The notes beneath the pieces are model-generated. The model was not told the origin of the DNA. It saw only the letters and a list, made by a program, of their open reading frames with translations, and made no database searches. A DNA stretch of 64,000 nucleotides, from positions 480,899-544,898 of the forward strand of contig NC_069006.1 in assembly GCF_001194135.2 (NCBI RefSeq), read 5' to 3'. Of this stretch, positions 11,067 to 23,195 are shown piece by piece (positions within the stretch are counted from its first letter, which is position 1; every line of letters starts with the position of its first letter). This DNA comes from Octopus bimaculoides. Taxonomy: Eukaryota. The translations under genes were made by a program, and so were the position numbers.

Positions 11067-12315
11067 TTTTGGAATTTATTGCGTTTTTAAATTTTGGAAT
11101 CTATTTTTTTTTTTTCGAGAATTCTATTTTTGAATCATTTTGGAATCTATTTTGTTTTTTTGTTTTTTTTTTCTAGTTAATTTTAGTTAAATTTTATTTA
11201 TTTTCAGATCATTAAACTGGAATGTCAAGTTAAGAAAAACGAGCATTTTCGAAACCTCTTTCTTTTTACTTTTAATCTAGGTTCTAAGGCCGCAAAAGCT
11301 GCTCGTGACATTTGTGCTGTGTATGAAGAGGGTACCATAGCTGAAATAACCGGTCGTGATTGGTAGGCCAAGTTCAAATTTGGAAATTTTGACCACAAAG
11401 ACACACCTCATTCTGGCTGCCCAGTTGAGTTCGATGAAGAGCGATTAAACCAACTTTTGCACGAAAATTCTCGTCAAACGACAAGGGAACTGGCAGAGAA
11501 AATGAAATGTTCCCTCACTGCTATAGAGAAGCATCTTCACTCGATGGGAAAGGGTCAGAAGTCTGGAGCATGGGTTCCGCATGCTTCAAGTGACAACAAC
11601 AAAATTCAACAAGCCACAATCTCCGCTGGTTTGCTTGCTCGTCACCGCTCAACTCATGGACACAAGCAACGATTTCTTTACCGAATCGTTACTGGCGACG
11701 AAAAATGGTGCCTGTACATCAATATGAAGCAGCGTAAGGAATGGCTTAGCCCCGGTAAACAAGCGACACTGCGCCTGAAACAAGATCTTCATCCGCATAA
11801 AACGATGTTGTGCGTATGGTGGGACTGGGAAGGGATTATCCATTACGAATTGCTTGAACGGAACCAAACGGTCAACGCAGAACTATGTTCAACAGATGGA
11901 ACAACTCAACACGGCTATTCAAGAGGAAAGACCTAATCGGCAGCATGGAGTTCTCCTGCTGCACGACAACGCCCGCCCTCATATCGCCAATATGACCAAA
12001 GAAGCTATTCAAACGCATGGCTGGGAAGTGCTGCCACACCCACCGTAATCTCCTGATTTGGCACCAACGGATTTCCACCTCTTTCGATCTCTTTCAAATG
12101 CTATGCGCGGAGTTTCGTTAAATACTGTTGCTGCATTAAGAGCTTGGTTGGATCAAATTTTCGAGTCGAAATCGGTATTGAAAATCTTGTTGAACGTTGG
12201 GAAGAAGTTGTAAACAACAAAGGTGAATACATTATTGATTAATTAGTTATGTTTTATTAAACCTTTTAAAAATTAACATTTTTTTTAAATGGCGGGAACG
12301 TAATTGCCAACCCAA
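11067..12315 (+). mobile_element. mariner transposon (mellifera-subfamily-like), left TIR lost
   Basis: Right end reads as reverse complement TTGGGTTGGCAATTACGTTCCCGCC and is followed by TA at 12316-12317; no matching left TIR; internal transposase. Confidence 0.88.
11217..12242 (+). pseudogene. mariner DD34D transposase pseudogene
   Basis: (ctg)ECQVKKNEHFR..., WVPH, TGDEKW, LHPHKTMLCVWWD, HDNARPH, P*SPDLAPTD (34 residues between D2 and D3), ...GEYIID*; mutated start, two stops, a frameshift near 11880 and a short 3' deletion. Confidence 0.95.
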
Positions 12316-12400
12316 TATTTCTGGCTGTGCTAGGCGAACGTTGCACGCTCGCTAAAGATGGCAAATATGGTAAATATACATTTACGAGGCTATTTTCATT

Positions 12401-12477
<77 letters not shown>

Positions 12478-12904
12478 ACCTGTTTAATAGGTTTTGTGTA
12501 ATTGATGCACTAAACATGCCCTGGAAGAAGGACCGAAAGACCGTTCGTGCAATCGTTGAAATAATATTTAATAATCGCATCGCAATATACTTAATGAATG
12601 TTGTGATTAAATACAAGCTCTGCTGGGGGTAGATTTAATAAATATGTGTTTAATAGGGTCTTGCTATGCGTTCCCACATCGAGACTTGTGCTGCCCTCTC
12701 ACTAAAGGTAGCCAACTCATAATAAATATTAAGTTCCCTCAAAAATTCGTTCACGGATCATATTTGGAATCTAATTTTTCTGTTTTTGTTCCATGTTTCG
12801 AAATATCGTGGTTGTGTCAGTTGCTTTATACGGACGTATCTACACATTAGAACCAGTTGTACCATGGTAGATAACCGGGTGGATAAGGGGAATGATGGGA
12901 AAGG

Positions 12905-13215
12905 GACGAGAAAAGAAATGTATGAAAGACAGAGAGAGAGGGAGAGAGAAGAGAGGGAGAGAGGTGAGTGAGAGAGAGAGAGAGAGAAAGAGAAATAAAG
13001 AGAGTGAGTGGGGAAAGAAAGAAAATGTATGAAAGATAGACAGAAACAAAAAGAAAGAGTGAAAGAGAGAGCGAGAAAAAGAGGGAGAGAATAGAGAAAA
13101 GGAGAGAAAGAAAGGAGAAAAAGAGAATAAAGAGAGAAGGAAAGAGAGAGAGAGGGGAACAGAAGATAGATAAACAGATAGAGAGAGATAAAGAGAGAGA
13201 GAGAAAGAGTATGAA
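12905..13215. repeat. GA-rich low-complexity tract
   Basis: Purine-only (GA)n mosaic with a duplicated AATGTATGAAAGA motif. Confidence 0.9.
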
Positions 13216-13339
13216 AAGAGTTTCTGAAGTTTGAGCGATTTTCCTGCTGCACACATTTCGTGTTCGTTTCCATGACAACAAATTGGTAGAAAGAAACACT
13301 AGTTAAACTGTAGGAGTTTTTCAGCCAGTGTTTCGGTCC

Positions 13340-13400
13340 TTAACTCCTTACACTCTAAGCGGGTCGAGGGCCGCATCCGGCCCACGATTTCAAAATACGC
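13340..13400. mobile_element. possible DNA transposon terminus
   Basis: TTAA followed by GAGGGCCGCATCCGGCCC, a motif typical of hAT/piggyBac-like subtermini; no partner end found. Confidence 0.3.
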
Positions 13401-14177
13401 TTCTGTTGCCGTATTTTGCATAGTGTTTGCGTTTTAACATGGGTGGTCAGGCGCCCCAGAACCACAATATCTTATCTTGTATGGGTAACCAGTTTAATCT
13501 GAGACAAAAATTATTGTCATCTACTAGAAATTATAGTCATGTACTAAAAACATTCGTGTAGTAGATACTATGGTCGTATACTAGCAAGGTAAAAATTAGT
13601 TTTCTTCAAGAAACCGTCGTAAATGCTAAAAATAGTAGCCATTTACATTGTCCTGTAATGGAAAAGAATGGTGTATGCTAACGATCATAGCCTTGAATCG
13701 ATAAAATGTTGGTCCTGTTCTAAAAAATATAGTGATGCATCTTCCAAAACGTAGGGACTTTTGGAGCAGAGTATTCTAGATAAGCTATGCTCGGAAGAAA
13801 AGTAGAAATGATCACGGCCGCACAGGATGTTGATCGTAAGTCTACAGTTTGAGTTGATCTACAACTAAAAACGGAAAAAACAATAACAACAAATAACAAC
13901 AGCAACAACAATATAAACGGCTCTTCGCTCCATATTTAAAAAAATAATACAATCTTGTAACCGCATACGGTCTTCCATCAGCTTAGATGTTGGAGTGATC
14001 GTAGAGCAACAAGAAATGAAGTGTTTTTGCCTAAGAACACAACTCACCACCCGGTCTAGGAATGAAACCACAATCCCACGATCGTGAGTGCAACACCCTA
14101 ACCAGAAGGCCATGCACACTCACAACCAGCTTACATACTCTCACCCTATGAGGTATACTCCTTTGCCAGGCTATATA

Positions 14178-14397
14178 CGAGTGGGTACTGAAAACTTCCT
14201 GGTTTTAAGGATATCGCGAAGGGCCTGGTTGGAGGCCCAACCTACCGAGTTCTTTTACAGGGCTTAGAAAAACTGAAGGACCACTGCAGAAAGTGTGTGA
14301 ATCTCAGAGGGGAATATGTTGAATAAAATCATAATTAATTGATCCACCTGCATTTTATTTTTATTTTTTAAGCCCAAAATATTTCAGCACTCCCTCG
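14178..14397 (+). mobile_element. mariner-derived MITE, 220 bp
   Basis: TA|CGAGTGGGTACTGAAAA ... TTTCAGCACTCCCTCG|TA inverted termini with TA TSD; carries the transposase C-terminus QGLEKLKDHCRKCVNLRGEYVE*. Confidence 0.9.
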
Positions 14398-14743
14398 TAC
14401 TCCTGCATTATTATATATACTCTTTCATCAACATACATACTCCAACACCAGCTCACATACTCATTTCCTAGGCAAATTTGTTTTCGTAATGGAAATCTTG
14501 TAACTGAACCAACCAACCAACCAACAACGCCAACATAAAATAAATAAATAAATAAATAAGCAGAAAATATTTGGCAACGAAGTGTATTATTTGGAGAGGT
14601 CACGAGTGGAAACATAAGAAGGATAGTAAACAAGACAGATGTATTATCTAAATATCAAAACACTGCCATTTAGAATGGAAACAGCTTCTTCAAAGAACGG
14701 TAAACAGAGACACCTGGATGTAATCATCTGAGTCAGCAAATTC

Positions 14744-14827
<84 letters not shown>

Positions 14828-14869
14828 GACACACACACACACTCAAACTCCTACACACACTCTCTGGGT

Positions 14870-15140
14870 GAAGTGGATCTCCCATCGTTTTACTGAATTT
14901 CCTCCTCCTGAAGTAACGGGTATGTGGCTGAGTATTCCACGGTCACACGTGTACCATAAACCAAATTCTCAGGCAGAATCAGTGACACAGTATGTTTGAT
15001 ACGAATGTACCTTTTTGAATTACGGATGCAAGTCATCCGACGAATACAGTTTTCTTACTCATAAAGTATGGACGAACCCAGGATTCTGCGCAGAGAAACC
15101 GAAACCGAGGACCCCGTGATTCCGAAGCGAACAGTTTGTT
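14870..15140 (-). mobile_element. chimeric or degenerate SINE: family C tail joined to a family A-like head
   Basis: Reverse complement of 14920-14990 matches 51465-51530; 15040-15140 resembles a reverse-strand family A head. Confidence 0.55.
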
Positions 15141-15329
15141 GATTTGACGATGCTGCATCTCCATACACATAAGATTACACACACAGGTACACGCACATCA
15201 AGCAAAAAAACAAAAACAAAACAAAACAAAAGGTTCCACCTGTATTATTGACAGGGAGTCAATTCGGAACACCTTCCAACCAACCTCGTACCCAGTTCAT
15301 CTGTCTCCTCATTCTGTTGGCAACAAAAG

Positions 15330-15581
15330 GTTTCTCTCTCTCTCAGAGTGAAAGGCAGATTATATAATGCTTGGGTATGTCATCGATAAGGACTAATGAC
15401 AAACCTAGCTGACTGACTGATTGATTGACAGAACGGTTAATCAATGGTTAACAAACTGACAAATAATTATTAAAGAAGTGAAATAAAACCAGTGCGAGTG
15501 TTTGTTATTGGTGTTATCATCACTCAAGATACAAAAAGATTATGGTTCCCATCAAGAATCTTGCAAATCAAACAAAATAAA

Positions 15582-15618
<37 letters not shown>

Positions 15619-16140
15619 AGTGAAAGATAGATTGTATGATTCTTGCGTATGTCATTGATGAGGTCACGAATGGCAACGAAAGACCTTTGACAAACCCAGC
15701 TAATTACTTGGCTGATTGACTGACAGAATGATTAATCAAATGATATATTAATTAATTGGTTAAATGGTTGACCAATTGACAAATACAGATAAAGTGAAGT
15801 AGAACCAGTGCGCAACCCCAGGGCTATATACAAACTCCATCGTTTCAGCGGTGTAGGACCTGGAAACCAAGTGACAGACAGACAGATAAACAGACCTACA
15901 ACAAATCTGAAGTAAAGATGGTGTCGTTGATGAAGTCGTGAACGGTGAAGAAAGGACTTTGATTAATCTGATTGTTAAACCGACCGATGAATGAAACAGT
16001 CGATTAATTAATTAATTAGTTAAATAGTCAATCAATAGATAAAAAGTAATTAAGAAGTGAAACAGAACCAGTGCGTGTGTTTATTATTGGCATCATGACT
16101 CTCCCGAGAAAAACAAAAAACAAACAATATGATTCAACAC
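15330..16140. repeat. diverged tandem array of a ~260-320-bp unit (2 full copies, 1 partial)
   Basis: GTTTCTCTCTC..CAGAGTGAAAG at 15330 and 15582; AACCAGTGCG at about 15488, 15804 and 16067. Confidence 0.8.
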
Positions 16141-16442
16141 ACGTGTTCAAATGCAAAATATAAAGGAACAATTTGACAGCAAAAATGTTTGATAAAAAAC
16201 TATGTAGGAAGCTAGTCTTTATATCATTTTATTCCTACATCATCGTGGTCTCTCCCTCGTTGGATAGAAAACCTAAAATTATTTCTTCCCAACAAGTCTT
16301 GAAATATTAAGACTGGCTTTTATAGAATTAATTAATAAACGGTATGACGTGTTATATAATTAATATCAATCACTAAATAGCAACTATCTATCTACACTAC
16401 TTGGTGATTAATTCGGGATAATAACTGATATAGGATATTTAG

Positions 16443-16487
<45 letters not shown>

Positions 16488-16614
16488 CGATGTGTTGCAC
16501 GTGCAAAAGGACGTTCCGTGAGAAAAGAGAGGATGGAGGAAAGGAAGCGGATCGGAAGGCGGAAGGAAACGGCAGAAACATCAATGAAATGATGAGATGA
16601 AGGAGAGAATGTGT

Positions 16615-17150
16615 AGATGATGACGATGATGATGGTCACGGTGGTGGTGATGGCGAGTGACGATGGCGTGATGATGATGATGATGATGATGATGAAAGTG
16701 GTGATAATGATGTATTGCGATGGCGGTGAAGGTAATTATGTCGTAAACGCTGATAGTGATGGGTATGAGGATAATTATGGTGGTGGTGGTGGTGATGGTG
16801 ATGATGATGATGATAATGGTAGTGGTGGTGGTGATGATGGTGATGATGATGATGATGGTAGTGGTGGTGGTGGTGGTGGTGATGGTTATTGTAATGATTA
16901 TTATTATAATGACAACGATAGTGATGATGGTGGTTTTTGATGTTGAAAAGAAGGAAGTTGGTGATGATGATGAGGAGGAGGAGGAGGAGGAGAAAGAGAC
17001 TGTACTGTGATGATGGTGAGAGGGTAGTTATGCCAGAAACCGGTGATGGCGATGGTTATGATGATGATGATGATCATGATCATGAAAGCGATGATAATAA
17101 CGATTATGATGATGGTTATGATGACGGTGATGATGATGAAGGTGGTGTGA
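16615..17150. repeat. (GAT/GGT)n trinucleotide block
   Basis: Direct reading. Confidence 0.9.
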
Positions 17151-17194
17151 TGGTGACCAAGAAATACTCTTTACGTTCGTCCAAGAAACAAAAG

Positions 17195-17270
17195 AGGAAA
17201 AGAGAGACAAAGAGAGAGGGAGGAAAAAGAAAGGAGAGAAGAGGAAGTGAGAGAGAGAGGGTGATAGAAA

Positions 17271-17307
<37 letters not shown>

Positions 17308-17545
17308 TAAAAGAAACAAGGAATGAGAGAGACAGATAGAAAGAGAGGGGAGGAAAAGAAAGGAGAGAAAGAGGGAGTGAGAGAGTGAGATAGAAAGAGG
17401 GAAAAAGGAGAGAAAGAGGGAGTGAGAGAGAGATAGAAAGAGGGAGTGAGAGAGGAGGAAGAGAGAGAGGGAGTGAGAGAGGAGGAAGAGAGAGAGGGAG
17501 GGAAAAGAAAGGAGAGAAAGAGGGAGTGATAGAGTGAGAGTAAGA
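17195..17545. repeat. GA-rich degenerate tandem repeat
   Basis: Recurring AAAAGAAAGGAGAGAAAGAGGGAGTGA units. Confidence 0.85.
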
Positions 17546-17691
17546 GGCGTTGATTTTCTTCAGGGTTACAAAATATATTGAATGGCAGATTTTTAAAAGC
17601 AAAACGACATCCAACTGAAGTTAGAGTCCAGTCTTTTAAGCCTAGGCTCTATCTTCTTAGTATAACTGCATGCATACGTTTCGTTATATTC

Positions 17692-17865
17692 TTTATCTTT
17701 TACTTGTTTCGGTCACCAAGCTGCGATCATGCTAGGGGCACCGGTTGAAGGGTTTTAGTCGAACAAACCGGCACTAGTACTGACTGCTTGTTCTATCGGT
17801 CGCACTTGCCGGATCGCTAATTTATGGGGACGTAAACAAACCAAAAGCGGTTGTTAATCGATAAA
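17692..17865 (-). mobile_element. SINE family A tail half
   Basis: TTTACTTGTTTCGGTCA...TTAGTCGAACAAA...GGGGACGTAAACAAACC is the reverse complement of the family A tail. Confidence 0.75.
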
Positions 17866-17894
17866 CACACACTCACACACACACACACACACGA

Positions 17895-18045
17895 CATGGC
17901 TATGTGGTAAGAAGCTTGTTTCCCAACCATATGGTTCTGGGTTCAGTTCCACTGTGTGGCACCTTGGGCAAGGGTCTTTTATTATAGCCGACCAAACCCT
18001 TGTGAGTGGATATGGTAAACGGGAACTGAAAAGAAGCCTGTCGTG
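17895..18045 (+). mobile_element. SINE family A head half
   Basis: CATGGCTATGTGGTAAGAAGCTTG...GGTTCAGTTCCACTGTGTGGCACCTTGGGCAAG; ends in a microsatellite and gap. Confidence 0.85.
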
Positions 18046-19576
18046 TATATATATATGTGTNNNNNNNNNNNNNNNNNNNNNNNNNNNNNNNNNNNNNNNN
18101 NNNNNNNNNNNNNNNNNNNNNNNNNNNNNNNNNNNNNNNNNNNNNNNNNNNNNNNNNNNNNNNNNNNNNNNNNNNNNNNNNNNNNNNNNNNNNNNNNNNN
18201 NNNNNNNNNNNNNNNNNNNNNNNNNNNNNNNNNNNNNNNNNNNNNNNNNNNNNNNNNNNNNNNNNNNNNNNNNNNNNNNNNNNNNNNNNNNNNNNNNNNN
18301 NNNNNNNNNNNNNNNNNNNNNNNNNNNNNNNNNNNNNNNNNNNNNNNNNNNNNNNNNNNNNNNNNNNNNNNNNNNNNNNNNNNNNNNNNNNNNNNNNNNN
18401 NNNNNNNNNNNNNNNNNNNNNNNNNNNNNNNNNNNNNNNNNNNNNNNNNNNNNNNNNNNNNNNNNNNNNNNNNNNNNNNNNNNNNNNNNNNNNNNNNNNN
18501 NNNNNNNNNNNNNNNNNNNNNNNNNNNNNNNNNNNNNNNNNNNNNNNNNNNNNNNNNNNNNNNNNNNNNNNNNNNNNNNNNNNNNNNNNNNNNNNNNNNN
18601 NNNNNNNNNNNNNNNNNNNNNNNNNNNNNNNNNNNNNNNNNNNNNNNNNNNNNNNNNNNNNNNNNNNNNNNNNNNNNNNNNNNNNNNNNNNNNNNNNNNN
18701 NNNNNNNNNNNNNNNNNNNNNNNNAGTGAATTAAGAAACAGTAGCGTCACCTCCTTGCTGTTCAATAAATAGCCAGCCGTAACCACCTCTCAACGTCACC
18801 AGATCTCTAATAAAGTTTATAATCAAGGACACACCACTGAGACTGGGTGTCCGCCGCCGCCGTCTTTCGCACCTCATTCCGTCAACTCACGCGAGAATTA
18901 TTGCTTTTGTATTCATCAGTGAAAAGCACAAAACATTAAACACAAACACACACTGCTTCTCTCTCTTTCTTTGTTTGAAAGTGAGAACACAACACACACA
19001 CACAGCCTCTCTCTCTCTCTCTCTCCATACACACACACACATATATATATGCACATATATGTACATACGTGTCAACGTATGTATGTAAGTAGGTATGTGT
19101 TTGTATGTGTGTTTATATATGTATCCGTTTGTGTGCGTACACACACACACACACAAATACTAAGAGAGACACACATACTATTTGTATTCGTCTGCATAAT
19201 GTTTGTATATTCTTTATTTTACACGTGGACCGCGTTGCTAAAGATTTCTAGAATTCGCTTGGCACTTGAGAACTTTTTCTTCTTCCTCCTCCTCCTCCCT
19301 CACTACTATCAGTACTTCCCCACCCTTTCCTCAGTAATACCATCCTTTGTCTAAAATGCAATCGTGGTTTTTAATTTCTTCTCTATACCATTCTGTCTTC
19401 AAACCCCCACCGGATACAACGTTGACTAACCCCCTTCCTGCAGGCAATGAAATTTAGTATCAGTTATATACTGTGGGAAGGTTCAGTAAATCACCTTTAC
19501 ACTACCCTGGATTGATTTCTCTTCTGATGGTCTCTTTCAGAAATCGGTATTTAGTCCGGCATTGTAAAGACTTGGC

Positions 19577-20232
19577 GGAGTCCGACTTAACACCCTTTAT
19601 CCGATCACATACTTTGGTATTCATATAGGGACTTCAAAGCAACAAGAAGCTGTTTATCGATCCCATATTCCTGCAGAACCTTCAACTACAAATCCACTGA
19701 ACGCGGTTTTATGCCTTTTCGAGGTCTAAAAAGCAAGTTTATACTTCTTGACCATAGTCCCACGATTTCTCGAAATCCTCTCGCTGTGTGAATATTTTGA
19801 CGGCTCTTCTGCATCCACAGCGAATGCCACACTGCTCTTCAGCCAGTTTAGACTCTACACTATCCCTATAACTCTTCACCAGTCACTTAGCATATCGAGG
19901 AGGCTTCACAAGGGCATACCTCTATAATTAGAGCAATCTCTACTTTCTTATTGAACATCGGGATTATCATTCCCAAATGCCACTGTTTAGGTGCCTTTCT
20001 AGAGATCCATATCACCTGGCACACACAAGTCAGTCAAGGAATGCCTTAAACATTACAGACCGAATGTCTTAAAGAGATTTGCCATACTTAAGCTCTTTAA
20101 TTGCTCTTGTGACTTCGGTCTCTGAGGGTTTAGTAATCGCTCCTAGATGCATATCATAAACGTCAGATATTGTTGTGACCGTGTTTAGCAGATCAGCAAA
20201 TTCTTTTCTCCATGCAAGGATGCACCACTCTT
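19577..20232 (-). pseudogene. RTE reverse transcriptase, N-terminal part (inverted segment)
   Basis: Hand translation WRKEFADLLN, MIIPMFNKK, DCSNYRG, SKLAEEQCGIR, TCFLDLEKA, LQEYGID, GVKSDS; frameshifted. Confidence 0.88.
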
Positions 20233-21120
20233 CAGGGGGGCGTACTGCCGCCTTTCCTGATCATAACCTTTATGAACAAGATTGAAATACACAGCCGGGC
20301 TGGAAGTGAAATCAAGACCAGCAGGTGTAGGATCAGAGGGTTGAAATTTGCAGACAACATAGTACCACTCAACCCATCGGAGGGTGATCTCCGACATGCC
20401 CTTGCTAGTTTTGTTGCCGAGTGCTGCCCGGAAGAAATGAAAATCAGTGATGCGAAGACTAAGACACTCGTCCTTTCAAAGAAGCCTGCGCAATGCACTC
20501 AACATGTGAGTGGAGTTGCACAGAAGCAGATGAAGTTCAAGTATCTTGGAGATGTCTTCACAAGCGATGGCAGGCAGGAGCTTGAATTAGACGCAACAAC
20601 TACAAGAGCCGGCGTGGCCAGGCGCCATCAGAAGAGGGTAGGTAGGAATAAAAACCAAATTCGCTATCTCCAATTCGGTGTTCGTGCCTACTCTTACCTA
20701 TGGTCATGAATGTGGATAATGACCGAAAGAAAACGATCGCGAATAATGGGGCTGAGATGGGGTTACTCCGAAGGGTCTTTGGAATAACGGTACTCGATAA
20801 AGTGTGTAGCTCGGAAATCAGACAAGCGCTCCATGTAGAGCGGCTACTTTTCCGAATTGGAAGATCACAGATCGATACAACGGACATGTGGTAAGAATGT
20901 CCCAGAAAAGAATCGCTGGAGAGGTTTTACAGGCAAAAACAAACCGGCGTGAACCTCAGGTGAAGACCACGAGTAAGATGGTTGGATAACATCCATGAGC
21001 TCGGTTGGTTTCTGTTAGGGATTCGAACAGATCAATTAGATTCGGTTGTTTTTGACAGAACCCGATATAAGGTGTGTTTGAGGATTCTGCTCCCACAGAT
21101 CATTCCAGGAATAAGTGAGT
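20230..21120 (+). pseudogene. RTE reverse transcriptase, C-terminal part
   Basis: LQGGVLPPFLIITFMNKI, FADNIV, FKYLGDVFTSDG, VPTLTYGHE, EMGLLRRV, GHVVRM, RPRVRWLD; Rex3/RTE-1-like. Confidence 0.92.
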
Positions 21121-21170
21121 GAAGAAGATCAGATGAGATTCCAAAGACTTTGCCATAAACCGCTCTTAAT

Positions 21171-21394
21171 AATGGCTTCTGATTTAAACACAAGGCCAGC
21201 AGATTTTGAGAGGAGGGTGGCTTGTCGATACCACCAACCTCAATACTTGACTGGTATTTTGTTTTATAGACACCAAAAGAATGAAGAGTAAAGCTAACCT
21301 GGGCGGTATTTGAAATCAGAACGCAAAGAGCGATAAGAAATGCAAAAAAGCATTTTGTCCGACGTGCTAACGATTCTGCCAGCTTAGCACCTTA
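21171..21394 (-). mobile_element. SINE family B
   Basis: Reverse complement of the 31564-31772 consensus (CGTGCTAACGATTCTGCCAGCT). Confidence 0.8.
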
Positions 21395-21592
21395 CATATA
21401 TAGAGAGAGAGACACGCTCCCAGATACACTCTCAGGTAGCCAATTCCATTTTCGTGCCCAATATCTTCGTCTCATATTGACAAGTTACAGTACTTGGTGC
21501 TATGGAAATTTAAACGGTATTATTTGAGTAAGAATTCTTCCAATTTCCCTGATGTCAACACATACGCGCACACACACACACATGTATACACA

Positions 21593-21631
<39 letters not shown>

Positions 21632-21689
21632 GCACGCACACGCAAGCTTACGCACATACAAACATAAAAACACCACAAAAAGTAATAAA

Positions 21690-21739
<50 letters not shown>

Positions 21740-22543
21740 GCCAACGCAAGATGTTTGGTAAGGACCCCAAGTCTTCCTTCTTTCCGTCCATTCTGTCAAT
21801 AAACACAGTAAGTTTGGCTTTGACTTCGATATGGAATGGAAAGACAAATCAAACAGAAAGTCTAACAAAAGAAAAAGAAAAAGAAAAAATAGATAAAAAG
21901 AAGACAAAACGAAAAGGAAAAGAAAATGGGAAATAAAAACTGTAGCCTCATCTAAATGCAAAAGCTGTGTTCGCACGTTTTAGACACGGTATGTGTGCGC
22001 AGTGATTAAAGACAGCACAAACATTATAAACCTTGATTGTGTCTGAGACCTGTTCTTATGGTGTGAACGTGTGCAACTATGAGTTTTTAAAACACTTGAG
22101 TCATTGTGGGGAAGTGTTGTGAAATGTTGAACGCCTTCTCTTAAATATATTCAGAAATAGGAAAGACATTTCATAGTGTTTGTCTTTACTTGGGGTAAAA
22201 GGAGACATTTTGAATTTTGAGATGTTTGATGAAAGGAAGAGAGGGTTGAAATGTGTCAGCGCGCGCGTGTGTGATCGATGTTTGAATAGTAATAGACGAA
22301 GCGTATTGATTTTTTTAAATTTCTGATTCGCCAACTGATCAGAAGAAATACCGGCTGTGTTCTATATGTATACACATATATACATGCATGCATATGTATT
22401 ATGTAGGTATGGATGTGTCTAAGTTTGTCTTTGTGTCTGTGAGTATATATGCGTGTGTGCATATATGTGTGTATGTTAGGGTTCATAAATTTTATACACG
22501 AAAAACGATGCCCGTAATAAACTTTTAAAATGGTTTCAGCTTC

Positions 22544-22597
<54 letters not shown>

Positions 22598-23142
22598 NNN
22601 NNNNNNNNNNNNNNNNNNNNNNNNNNNNNNNNNNNNNNNNNNNNNNNNNNNNNNNNNNNNNNNNNNNNNNNNNNNNNNNNNNNNNNNNNNNNNNNNNNNN
22701 NNNNNNNNNNNNNNNNNNNNNNNNNNNNNNNNNNNNNNNNNNNNNNNNNNNNNNNNNNNNNNNNNNNNNNNNNNNNNNNNNNNNNNNNNNNNNNNNNNNN
22801 NNNNNNNNNNNNNNNNNNNNNNNNNNNNNNNNNNNNNNNNNNNNNNNNNNNNNNNNNNNNNNNNNNNNNNNNNNNNNNNNNNNNNNNNNNNNNNNNNNNN
22901 NNNNNNNNNNNNNNNNNNNNNNNNNNNNNNNNNNNNNNNNNNNNNNNNNNNNNNNNNNNNNNNNNNNNNNNNNNNNNNNNNNNNNNNNNNNNNNNNNNNN
23001 NNNNNNNNNNNNNNNNNNNNNNNNNNNNNNNNNNNNNNNNNNNNNNNNNNNNNNNNNNNNNNNNNNNNNNNNNNNNNNNNNNNNNNNNNNNNNNNNNNNN
23101 NNNNNNNNNNNNNNNNNNNNNNNNNNNNNNNNNNNNNNNNNN

Positions 23143-23195
<53 letters not shown>

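Larger units (their letters stand above)
19577..21137 (+). mobile_element. RTE-clade LINE insertion, 5'-truncated with 5' inversion
   Basis: Inverted RT N-half 19577-~20230 plus direct RT C-half and 3' end ~20230-21137; flanked by ATTGTAAAGACTTGGC (19561-19576) and ATTCCAAAGACTTTGC (21138-21153), 13/16 identical. Confidence 0.9.

Noticed and set aside
11457-11936. 159-aa ORF as an intact or domesticated transposase gene
   Set aside because: It is one unbroken stretch of a pseudogene with a mutated start, in-frame stops and a frameshift
16617-17326. Asp/Gly-, Met/Val- and Arg/Glu-rich ORFs, and similar Thr-rich ORFs at 10098-10759, 32301-32888 and 54077-54413
   Set aside because: Open frames come from stop-free trinucleotide repeats; no complex sequence or splice context
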